Position numbers and translations under genes: made by a program
The notes under the pieces: model-generated
What the model saw: the letters and a program-made list of their open reading frames with translations, nothing else
What the model was told of the DNA's origin: nothing
Database searches by the model: none
Part shown: piece by piece, positions 52,040 through 64,000 of the stretch
Layout of the letters: every line of letters begins with the position of its first letter
Position numbering within the stretch: position 1 is the first letter of the stretch
Source: Eledone cirrhosa
Lineage: Eukaryota
Direction: 5' to 3'
Length of the DNA stretch: 64,000 nt
Assembly: GCA_964016885.1 (NCBI GenBank)
Contig: OZ024740.1
Location: 51,894,001 to 51,958,000, forward strand

Positions 52040-52660
52040 TCTGACAACGTTTACATCAAGTGGGCAGCTGAACACGTTTTCAACAATGTGTGGTCCCAAA
52101 CAACAATATCAGGCCGGTTGTGCTTTAATTTGGTGGCAGTTTTTATTTTCAGGTTCCACCAGTATTCCTTAGTGCCATCTGTCTCAATATATTCTTCCTC
52201 GTTTGTTGTTAATTTTGTTTTCCGAAGTGCGTTCCAGATGGTTCTAGCTATCCCATCGTGTCTCATGGGGCGGTAGTAGCGAGATGACATTCTTTCGCAG
52301 CTGGCAGCAATGTGGCTTACATCCTCGATCTTTGTTTTACATAGCCTACATTTATTTTCAGCTGCTGGCCCTCCTCTTTTGTGCAGCAGATATTTGGTAG
52401 GGAGTTCTTGTTCCTGTATTGCATAGAGATATCACTCAAGGTGTGATGTCGGAACTCCATGCCAGGCTTTTTGAGTGGTGTATCCCCTCTATGGTCTGTG
52501 TTTTACGTCTCAAGTATCCATGCACAACTTTTTCTGTAAATTGGTCAATGTTTTCATCTTGTTTGAACATTGAATAGGATCTTCCGATTTCTCTGGTGAG
52601 AGATTTATATCAGGCTTTATTCCATATCTCTCCTCCAGATCAGTAGCTATTCTAATGATT
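52040..52660 (-). mobile_element. R4/Dong LINE fragment (CCHC and RLE region) whose 5' junction abuts (CATA)n
   Basis: MSSRYYRPMRHDGIARTIWNALRK...KEYWWNLKIKTATKLKHNRPDIVVWD. (TATG)n at 52661-52766. Confidence 0.85.
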
Positions 52661-53681
52661 TGTATGTATGTATGTATGTATGTATGTATGTATGTATGTA
52701 TGTATGTATGTATGTATGTATGTATGTATGTATGTATGTATGTATGTATGTATGTATGTATGTATGTGTCGAAACTGAATGCATATGTGTGTTGCTTCAA
52801 TGGAGCTAAAACAGTTTATTCTATCTCAGAAATGTTTTAACGAATGTAACACAAGCCATTTTTCCTAAAATAACTTCCAGCGCACGTCTTCAGCTGGAAT
52901 ATTCAAAACAATAAGATATATTTTTTAAATAAAAATTCATACCATGAAAAGTTCTTTGCTGCCTTTAATGGAGAAAACACGCACAGAAACATATAACAGA
53001 CAAACACATATATTCTATCGTGGAAAACATGGGATTGAGAGGTGGGGGAAATGAAAATGATGGAGAGATATTAATGGAGAGCGACCAGGAAAGAAAGAAA
53101 GACAGTGATAGAGGAATTGAAACAAAAAAAAAAACGAGATTGAAAATTAGAGAAAGGAAGCGAAAAAATGTGACTGAGTGAGAGACAGCATTCTATGATT
53201 GTATCTGTATGTGTGTGTGCGTACGCATATATATCTATATTGATTCCAGTTCCTCAGAGGAATAACAACACAACCAGGAGCTGGACATATCGATGTACTG
53301 ACGGAGTAAAACACACTTCAACAACATGTGTACCTGTCTTTCCCACACTAATTCGGACTGCCCGAAGAGGTCACAGCCAATGATGGCTGTCACCGAAATA
53401 TATATAGCAGTATATCTATAATTTATAATAAACGAAGCCAAATGTTACATATTTGACTTAATTATTTTATATTACTCCGGAGTAAACAAATCAACCTGCG
53501 TACTTCGTCGAGTGCTCCAATCTGCATACTGAGGTGTCTTTAAATAACCAACATATACTCAAAATTTACATATGAATGTATATATATAAATGTATACATA
53601 TGTTAATGGCCGAAACCCTCGCTTCACATAAATTCACACAAAAGAGTAAAAGACAACCAGCAAAATAAATGACCAATAAGA

Positions 53682-53835
53682 ATAATTGTCTACTTTTGGC
53701 ACAAGGCCAGCAATTATCTCAGTTCATTACTGGTACTTTATTTTATCGACTCCGTAAGGATGAAAGGCAAAGTTAACCTCGGCGCGATTTGAATTCAGAC
53801 CATAAAGGGGCGTAACTCTATGTTGTAAAGCATGA
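53682..53835 (-). mobile_element. SINE family A
   Basis: Reverse complement of the family consensus. Confidence 0.78.
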
Positions 53836-54723
53836 CATGAATCAGAACTTACTGGTTTCAATTAAACGATTGGACAGTAGTCATACTTGGGCACAACTTT
53901 CGAGGATTTCGTCGATTCAAGAACTTATTTCAATCTGATACTTATTTTATCGATCTTTATTTGTCAAACCTCTATGTTACGGGACAAACATCAAATCAGA
54001 CATAAACACGTGTATACACATCTATACAAACACGTATATGCACACACAAATAGACATTGTATATATTCGCACACAAAACAAGTTTCCACAGAGTTTCCCT
54101 TTTCCTAATTTCCCTGACAATGAACTGGTCATCCCGACGAATCCAGAACTATGTGGCTGTCAAGCGTCTTTCTTAACTACACCGTCTCATCTGTGCCTAT
54201 ATAAAACGATATATATTTTATATAAGTTATAAATACATTAAACAATATATGTCGCCAGAGTTATGCAGTATGAACACACCCTAAATTTTATTTTAGATTC
54301 TTTTCAGAAAAGAAAAATGCGTTTTTCATTTCCACTTTCTGCACTTTTTGCTGTTTTGGAGTACAAAACCGGCAGTAAATGTTTCATTTTTGAATTTCTT
54401 CCACGATTTCTTTTCATATGAATTATATGTTTTTAGCACAAATGATTGTGATTCGCATGAAATGCATCAGGATTAGTGCTCAGATTTCGTGTTTAGGGCT
54501 AGGATCAGGGTTTAGGATCGAAATTAGGGTTTTAGGTTAAGATTAGAGTTTATGGTTCGGATTTAAATGTTTGAGATTTACCGCTAGAGTTTACGGTAGA
54601 GTTTAGGGGACAGGGTTTAATGTAAAGGTTAAACGGAGAAGAGGGAATTTAAAAGCATTGAGTTGGGGAAAATTATATACATATATATCAATAAACAAAT
54701 AAATAGATAAATATATTTATATG

Positions 54724-54757
<34 letters not shown>

Positions 54758-54770
54758 TATGTATATAATT

Positions 54771-54841
<71 letters not shown>

Positions 54842-55113
54842 ATAAGTTCTCCTTCATGTTTATTCACTTTCGCCAATCCACCGCTGCTTCAATTATTTCT
54901 ATGATGGACTCATGTAAATCGTAAAGTACAATTCTTCTCTCCATTTCCACGCTCAATTTCGTACATAGTCCAAACAAACATCCAATCTCGCAAAATCCGA
55001 AATCTGTATTTTTGTTATCTATTTAAGGTTTAAATACGGTGTTTTTGTCGTATTGAACAGAACAAATCTTGCAGTTTTGCTTTTTGTTAAATCGCTTGTT
55101 AAACATTCATAAC

Positions 55114-58100
55114 CTTCCAGCTAGCTACCCCACACCCCTCCCTCCCGCCCCCACACGCCACCATACTTAATACGTGGACCAATCATAAGCCAGAGCCCCC
55201 CCCCCCCCCGCATCACCACCATTATTATAAGCCAGAGCCCCCCACCCCCACCCCCACGCATCACCATTATTATTATTACGCGGACCAAATCATAAGCCAG
55301 AGGCCTATACTATCGCTTGCCCGGTTGCCTTCGATATATGATGGATGGATGGATGGACGGACGGACTGCGGAATCCTGGAGAGTGGAAGGGAGAGAAAAA
55401 TCTGGACGCCCAGAGCGAAAATGCCAAAGTTAAAGTCAAATTCACCTCGTGGACGAGAATGCGAGCACTCCTCTTTGTTTCGTCCGCGGATGGCTAACAT
55501 AACCCTATCTCCTCCCGCCCCCCACCACCCCCACCCTCCAAACGCAACCCAAAACTTCAGAGTTGGTACCATAAATGTAGGCACCCTAAAGGGTCGCGCT
55601 AACGAGGTTGTAGAAATGCTTGAACGTAAGGAGGTCGATGTTTGTTGTATTCAAGAGACCAGGTGGAGGGGTGGGTCTGCTAGATTCATTGAGGGTAAAA
55701 AACGATGTTATAAGCTTTTCTGGGTGGGAAACGACGATGGGCTGGGTGGAGTAGGAATCATGGTAGCAGAAAAGTGGGCAGATAAGATAATAGACGTAAA
55801 TAGAGTGAACGACAGAATAATTAAAATAAGACTTGTCCTCAATAGAACTACGGTGACAGTAATATCTGCGTACGCACCCCAATCCGGACTGCCCGGCACT
55901 ATAAAAGACAGATTCTATGAGACACTGTTGCTAACTACCTCCCAAATATCTGACAGTGACTATATAATTATTGCAGGCGACCTAAATGGTCATGTTGGAC
56001 AACATTGTGACGGCTACGACGAAATCCATGGAGGCTATGGGTTTGGTACTAGAAATGAGGAAGGCTCCAGAATTCTGGAATACTGTGATGCAAATAACCT
56101 AACTATCTGTAACACTAACTTCAAAAAACGTGACAATCACCTGATTACCTATAGATCCGGGGAACACACAAGCCAGGTAGATTATATCCTTACCAGAAGA
56201 CGTGACAGAGTGTCTGTTGTAAACACTAAATTCCTCCCCCATGAAGAATGCACCTCCCAACATAGACTGATAATTAGCGACCTCACAGTCAGGACGAGAC
56301 GTACCCGACAGCAGAAGAGGACTATCCTCAGGAGGAAAATATGGAAACTAAAGGACCCCACAGCCAGAAATAAATTTCAAAGCATATTACTTGATGCTTT
56401 CGACAGTAAGGAAGAGCATCTAGAATCGGACAATATAGAGGGACAGTGGAAATTTCTGAAAGCAAACCTGCTGTTGGCGACAGACGAAGTCTGTGGCTGG
56501 AGCAGGCCTGTAGGCAGGAGGAGAGTAACATGGTGGTGGAACAATAGGGTGGAGGGGTCAATTAAGGCCAAAAAGCAGGCTTGGAAAGTATGGCGGGATG
56601 GGGGAAGTAGAGTAGACTATCAAGTGGCCAGGAGGGAAGCTAGGAGAGAAGTGTACTTAGCAAGAAGGGAAGCTGAGGAAAGAAAGTTCAAGCATGTTCT
56701 ACAACGCGATGACCAAAAACGTGAGGTGTTCAGGATTGCCAGGCAATGCGTCAAGGAAAACCGTGATATTGTCGGGGAGAAGTGTGTACTTAACGATGAT
56801 GGCATACTTGCCATCACCGACACTGATAAGAAGGTAGCTTGGAAGTGTCACTATGAAAGGCTACTAAATGAGGAGAATAAATGGGAGAAAGACAGTCTCC
56901 CCCATATCGACCCGATAGAGGGACCAGCAGTGTTAGTCGAGGGGAGTATAATAAGTAAGGCAATCAAGGATATGAAGACTGGTAAGGCGGCTGGGCCTTC
57001 GGAAATAGTTGCTGAGATGCTGAAGGCATCTGGCACGGTGGGACACACCATGGTCACCCGCATAGTTAACCAAGTCGTACAGAATGGGGTTGTTCCGAAG
57101 GACTGGCATAGCAGCATCATCGTTAACTGTTATAAGGGTAAAGGAGACGCCCTAGATAGGAGTAACTATAGAGGCATTAAATTAATCGACCAGGTCATGA
57201 AGGTCACGGAAAAAGTAATAGCGCAACTAATCAGAGAGAGAATTGATCTAGATGAAATGCAGTTCGGGTTTGTGTCAGGCAAAAGCACCACAGACGCTCT
57301 TTTCATAGTACGACAACTACAGGAGAAGTACCTAGCTAAAGGTAAACCCCTCTACTTAGCTTTTGTCGACCTGGAGAAAGCCTTCGACAGAGTCCCCCGC
57401 TCCATTATCTGGTGGGCTCTTAGAAAACTAGGCGTTGACGAATGGCTTGTGAGGGCTATACAAGCCATGTATAAAGAAACAGTCAGCAAGGTTAGAATTA
57501 ACAACGAATATAGTGAAGAGTTTAGCGTAAAAGTTGGCGTCCATCAGGGCTCTGTTCTCAGCCCCCTACTATTTATTATTGCCCTTCAGGCTATAACAGA
57601 GGAGTTCAAGACAGGCTGCCCATGGGAACTCCTATACGCAGACGACCTGACACTCATAGCGGAATCAATGGCCGAGCTAGAGAAGAAATTCCAAACATGG
57701 AAGCACGGCCTAGAGTCAAAAGGACTTAAAATTAACCTGGCTAAGACCAAAGTTCTAGTTTGTAGGAAAGAAAACAAGGCGGCGGTCCCTTCTGGGAAAT
57801 GGTCGTGCTCGGTATGTAGGAAAGGCGTAGGTAGAAACTCCATCTTATGTCCTAAATGCAAAGTATGGGTGCATAAAAGATGTAGTGGGATCACAGGTAA
57901 GCTAACTAAGAACATAGACTTTACATGTGGCCGGTGTTCTGGTGCAATAAGTAGCAGCAAGTGCCCACAAAATACTAGCTCTTTCAATTGCGCAGAGGGT
58001 TCTATAGAAATAGTGGACAGCTTCCGTTACCTGGGCGATAAAATCAGCAGTGGGGGAGGGTGCTCTGAAAGTACTGTAGCTAGAGTCAGAACTGGTTGGA

Positions 58101-58959
58101 AAAAGTTCAGAGAGCTTATACCACTATTAGCTGCTAAAGGGTTCTCCCTAAAAATGAAAGGCAGGTTGTACGATGCCTGCATACGAACAGCAATGTTGCA
58201 TGGTAGTGAGACCTGGGCATTGTGTGCAGAGGATATACGCAGACTAGAGAAGAACGAAGCTTGCATGCTCCGCTGGATGTGTAACAGTAATATACGTGAA
58301 CGGCAAAGCATAAACGAACTAAGGAAAAAATTAGAGATAAGAGGGATCAGATGTTGTTTACTCGAGAGAAGGCTGCGTTGGTATGGACACGTGATGCGCA
58401 TGAAAGTCGATAGTTGTATTACAAAGTGCAGGGCAATAAAGATAGACGGTAGCCACGGAATAGGCAGACCTAGAAAAACATGGGATGAGCTGATAAACTC
58501 CGACCTCACACACTTACACCTCTCCAAGACAATGTCACTGGACCGTGACCTTTGGCGGTACTCAGTAACAGAGAAGACCCGCCTTGCCAGTAGGCATCTC
58601 TAACAAACTACACCCCGTCCCGCCACCACCCCCACCCCATCCACACCACCCCGTTCTATGTAAAGTTATGTTGGTGCCGCGCCATCCAGGCCGAAACAAA
58701 TGAGATCGTGTAGGTGTCACGACAAAAAAACACACAGTCCACGCTGTAATGTGGCCGTGTAGGCAACACGGTAAAAACCTCCCAGACCCACACTGTAAAT
58801 GTGGTTGGTGTTAGGAAGGGCATCCAACTGTAGAAAACCTGCCAGACAGTCCTATGCGAGCAAGACAATCACTCTTGCCTCAAGTGGGACTACCCCCGTC
58901 CAAACCCATGCAAGCGTGGAACACGGACGTTAAACGTTGATGATGATGATGATGATGAT
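55114..58959 (+). mobile_element. Apparently full-length RTE (BovB-like) LINE
   Basis: C-rich 5' UTR with three short direct repeats (AATCATAAGCCAGAG or its core), one intact ORF, 3' UTR ending GGACGTTAAACG(T)TGATGATGA. The 5' boundary is approximate. Confidence 0.9.
55325..58603 (+). CDS. RTE LINE ORF: apurinic endonuclease, reverse transcriptase, PHD-like finger (start ATG uncertain, e.g. 55421 or 55490)
   Basis: GTINVGTL, CIQETRW, SAYAPQ, GDLNGHVG, QVDYIL, SQHRL; KAAGPS, NYRGIKL, FVDLEKAFDRV, GVHQGSVLSPLLF, LLYADD, FRYLG, GRPRKTW. No stops or frameshifts. Confidence 0.95.
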   Translation: MPSIYDGWMDGRTDCGILESGRERKIWTPRAKMPKLKSNSPRGRECEHSSLFRPRMANITLSPPAPHHPHPPNATQNFRVGTINVGTLKGRANEVVEMLERKEVDVCCIQETRWRGGSARFIEGKKRCYKLFWVGNDDGLGGVGIMVAEKWADKIIDVNRVNDRIIKIRLVLNRTTVTVISAYAPQSGLPGTIKDRFYETLLLTTSQISDSDYIIIAGDLNGHVGQHCDGYDEIHGGYGFGTRNEEGSRILEYCDANNLTICNTNFKKRDNHLITYRSGEHTSQVDYILTRRRDRVSVVNTKFLPHEECTSQHRLIISDLTVRTRRTRQQKRTILRRKIWKLKDPTARNKFQSILLDAFDSKEEHLESDNIEGQWKFLKANLLLATDEVCGWSRPVGRRRVTWWWNNRVEGSIKAKKQAWKVWRDGGSRVDYQVARREARREVYLARREAEERKFKHVLQRDDQKREVFRIARQCVKENRDIVGEKCVLNDDGILAITDTDKKVAWKCHYERLLNEENKWEKDSLPHIDPIEGPAVLVEGSIISKAIKDMKTGKAAGPSEIVAEMLKASGTVGHTMVTRIVNQVVQNGVVPKDWHSSIIVNCYKGKGDALDRSNYRGIKLIDQVMKVTEKVIAQLIRERIDLDEMQFGFVSGKSTTDALFIVRQLQEKYLAKGKPLYLAFVDLEKAFDRVPRSIIWWALRKLGVDEWLVRAIQAMYKETVSKVRINNEYSEEFSVKVGVHQGSVLSPLLFIIALQAITEEFKTGCPWELLYADDLTLIAESMAELEKKFQTWKHGLESKGLKINLAKTKVLVCRKENKAAVPSGKWSCSVCRKGVGRNSILCPKCKVWVHKRCSGITGKLTKNIDFTCGRCSGAISSSKCPQNTSSFNCAEGSIEIVDSFRYLGDKISSGGGCSESTVARVRTGWKKFRELIPLLAAKGFSLKMKGRLYDACIRTAMLHGSETWALCAEDIRRLEKNEACMLRWMCNSNIRERQSINELRKKLEIRGIRCCLLERRLRWYGHVMRMKVDSCITKCRAIKIDGSHGIGRPRKTWDELINSDLTHLHLSKTMSLDRDLWRYSVTEKTRLASRHL

Positions 58960-58972
58960 ATATATATATATA

Positions 58973-59391
<419 letters not shown>

Positions 59392-59470
59392 ATATATATA
59401 CATATAAATATATTTATATGTATATATTTATATGTATATGTATATAATATGTATACATATTATATACATA

Positions 59471-60653
<1,183 letters not shown>

Positions 60654-60934
60654 GTATATGTATATATATATTTATATATAGTTATACTTTGGGATGGTCA
60701 TGCTGCCAATATAAACACATGCATTGGTTTTCACTTCAATTTATAATAAATTTCCGGTTGGTTGGTTGATTGGTTCCATAACCGGATGGTTGTTTATATA
60801 TTGTCAAAGCTCTTTCGGTACAAATTCTGTGACTTCCTCAGTGACTGGGTTTTTATTTTGTGTCTCTCCTTTGTTCTGTCCTACACCAACCGGAAACTTA
60901 TAAGATAAGAAACCTTGCAAAACAAATTAAAAAA

Positions 60935-61071
<137 letters not shown>

Positions 61072-61231
61072 GAAAACTTTGCTCTACATGGCTGAATACA
61101 ATAAATGTAATCTGAGTTTTTCGAATATTAATAATAACATTCGATTCGTTTGCAATTATGCAAACAAGCCTCAATTAGCCATGTCAGTAGAATGAACACT
61201 TCATTCTTGCTCTTGTGTTGGCATGCAAACA

Positions 61232-61281
61232 GAACTGCAGACACTAATGTTTCTGGGTATCACCCTTCATCAGTAAAGCTC
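61232..61281 (-). ncRNA. Type I hammerhead motif (inverted arm)
   Basis: Reverse complement: GAGCTTTA-CTGATGA-AGGGT(GAT)ACCCA-GAAACA(TTAG)TGTC-TGCAGTTC. Confidence 0.7.
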
Positions 61282-61614
61282 GCTGTTCACCTGCCAAACT
61301 GTCAGAGCTAGTGAAAATATATGCTATTTTCAAACATATTCGAAAAACTCAGATTACATATATTGTGTTCAGTCATTTAGAGCGAAATTTTCTTTTTTTA
61401 TTTGAATTTGGCAAAACCGGCCATTTATCGCTCGTATACAGGAAACTGACTGGCCAGTCTGATATGTAAATCTGGTTGATCAGTGGATCTGCTAATATGC
61501 AGATCTGACTGATCAGCCAGTCTGCTGACATGCAAATCAGGCCCCTCAGTCACTATGTATTTTTGAAAATAGCATATATTTTCTCTAGCTCTGACAGTTT
61601 GGCAGGTGAGCAGT

Positions 61615-61664
61615 GGGCTGTACTGATGAAGGGTAATAACCAGAAACATTAGTGTCTGCAGTTC
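61615..61664 (+). ncRNA. Type I hammerhead ribozyme motif
   Basis: Helix I GGGCTGTA/TGCAGTTC, CTGATGA, helix II GGT/ACC, GAAA, helix III ACA(TTAG)TGT, GUC cleavage triplet at 61654-61656. Confidence 0.78.
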
Positions 61665-61788
61665 TGTTCGCATGCCAACACACGAGCAAGAATGAAGGGT
61701 TCATTCTACTGACATGGCTATAAAATTCAGGCTTGTTTGCATAATTCTAAACGAATCGAATGTTATTACTAATGTTCGAAAAACTCAG

Positions 61789-61841
<53 letters not shown>

Positions 61842-62284
61842 GTAGAAGAATGGAAGGTAATATCTGTAGTGGTAGAGCACTCAATCCATGGGACGAGTTA
61901 GGTAGCAGTGGTTACACAACAGTTAGTTCACCATACCGAGAACAACTGTTTCACCTTAGCGGATCCCCAGCTCGCAACAGGCACGGTTATACGGAACAGG
62001 AAGGACAACCGTACGAACGCGCATGCGCAGAAACCCGTCACTTCACACAGGCAATACCAAAATGCGTGCGAGAGGTGCAAGGGAGACAACCGCGAAAGTC
62101 TGAAAAGTTTTTAGTTGATAAGAAAAAATATTGATGTTGTTACAATAATTCATTCAATCCGGAGCCTTGTAGTTATGCAATAGGTGTTTCGAGACGTGTG
62201 GACAACGTGTGAAAAATTCATTTCTCGTGTTTAGGCAACCACTATTGCATAATCTCTTTAGAATATTTATTCGTTCGTCAATAC

Positions 62285-62543
62285 ACAGTCCACACGAAGG
62301 ATTTCCCCTTGCGTATGGCTTGGACTTAGTGATGGCTTTCTATTGAATGGAGTAGTCTATACTTGAGTCCTTGAGTCGCGAGTTTCGTGGATGAACATCC
62401 GTCCGGGTAACTAAAGGTCGACTGATGGTTCAGGAAACGTTCCTTAAATCGGCCCTCCGCCATGCCCACATAGGATTTGACCTCCTGTGGTTGGTTTGGT
62501 CGGCTGGAAGTGACCACAGCTTCATAAATTACAGCTGGTGTGT

Positions 62544-62547
<4 letters not shown>
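62285..62547 (-). mobile_element. Penelope-like GIY-YIG endonuclease fragment
   Basis: VIYEAVVTS...KSYVGMAEGRFKERFLNHQSTF...STKLA on the minus strand, starting at a (TA)n tract. Confidence 0.8.
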
Positions 62548-62582
<35 letters not shown>

Positions 62583-62649
62583 TTTTTTAATTTGTTTTGA
62601 AAGGTCTCTTATCTGAAAACGTGTATTGTTATTTCTGTTTACTTTTTAC

Positions 62650-62700
<51 letters not shown>

Positions 62701-62759
62701 AACGATCGACTTTCGTCAAATCGGACCGAGGAAACAATATTTCCGTTGATCTTTCCAAT

Positions 62760-62911
62760 TGCTAATACTATCTATCGGTCGCAACTCCAGGTAGAAGGAG
62801 CGACGTGAAATAAAGTGTCTTGCTCAAGGACATAACGCATCGCCTGGTCCAGGAATCGAACTCACAACCTTTCGAATGCGAATCCAATTCTCTAACCGCT
62901 CAGCAACACGC
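62760..62911 (-). mobile_element. tRNA-derived SINE head (family B)
   Basis: Reverse complement GCGTGTTGCTGAGCGGTTAGAG...GAGTTCGATTCCTGG...TGTCCTTGAGCAAGACACTTTATTTCACG. Confidence 0.75.
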
Positions 62912-62943
<32 letters not shown>

Positions 62944-62998
62944 GTAAAAAGTAAACAGAAATAAAAAAACTAACGACACAGTAACACACACACACACC

Positions 62999-63069
<71 letters not shown>

Positions 63070-64000
63070 TGTAGAATAGTATTCTCCAAAGTTGAAAACA
63101 GAAATCCGAAAAGAATCTAAAATGATTAAATAACAAGTATTTAGGTTAAGTCTTCCTGTTAGGACGAGGTTATAATAACATTGCACTCCGTTAAAACTTT
63201 CAATTCCACCGAGGATAGGATCAGTCGATTATATTGACCCCGGCACTTGATGGAACTTTGTTTTATCGACCACGGAACAATTGAAGGGAAAGTTGACATC
63301 AGCAGGATTTGAACTCGGAATGTAAAGAGCCAGAAAAATACCACCGATTCATCGCCTCTTTACCAACACCCTAACACCAACAACACTATATCATCCCAGA
63401 TGTTATTAGAATCAATCAATGACATACATAAGACTTATTTCCCAAAATGACTTGCTGCAGAAAAAACAAAACAAAAATATTGCGTTCATTCATGGCTTCT
63501 TTGAAACCATGAATTGAAAAACATACTAAACAGATTTTTGTAAAGCATAATTCACTGAATAGTTCAGACAAGCAGAAAGATTGTGATACATTATCTGTCT
63601 ATTTCATGAAGTTGTGCCAGGAAACAACACAACGGGAGTGAATAGATTATTAGTAATGTTTGATCAAAAATGGCAGCCGACTCGTTTGATGGTGTTAATA
63701 AAGGTTAATACCTAAAGAATTCAGTAAATAGTTTGCTATATATACTATGTTTTGTCTTAACTAATTGTTATATATATATATATATATATATGCCTTACTA
63801 AACCTAATAACATGCTATATATGCTATATATATTTTTATTATACCCAATAGCTTGCTATAAATTGACCAGAGTTGTTAATGCAACTATATTCAATTTAGT
63901 AAAATACTACTTGATTTCTCTTTAAAAGTGATCTTTCATGTAAGAAATGAAATTACTTTCCATTAGGCTTATAGTATTCCTGTGGTTATTGCGCTGTGTT

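Overview
AT-rich, microsatellite-dense animal genomic DNA. The repeat complement looks cephalopod (Octopus)-like, but that is inference. No host protein-coding exon was recognised; nearly all long ORFs are transposable elements. LINEs: two Tx1/L1-clade copies, a near full-length R4/Dong-type restriction-like-endonuclease element plus two fragments, an intact ~1090-aa RTE ORF (APE-RT with a PHD-like finger) plus truncated copies, two CR1 copies and an RTE-X fragment. Other elements: Penelope-like (PLE) RT and GIY-YIG fragments, DNA transposons (Buster-type hAT, Chapaev3-like, DD37D-like mariner, piggyBac and mariner MITEs) and many SINEs. The less obvious signal is a set of about ten type I hammerhead ribozyme motifs in short non-coding, often inverted-duplicated elements, mostly inserted in (TA)n. 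One element (61070-61791) has a ~436-nt terminally redundant monomer, suggesting a retrozyme-like circular or tandem RNA. Several hammerheads have long branched helix II or a U3-A8 core variant. Different retroelements also appear to prefer different microsatellites: Tx1 at (TATC)n, R4 at (CATA)n, PLE/hammerhead elements at (TA)n.
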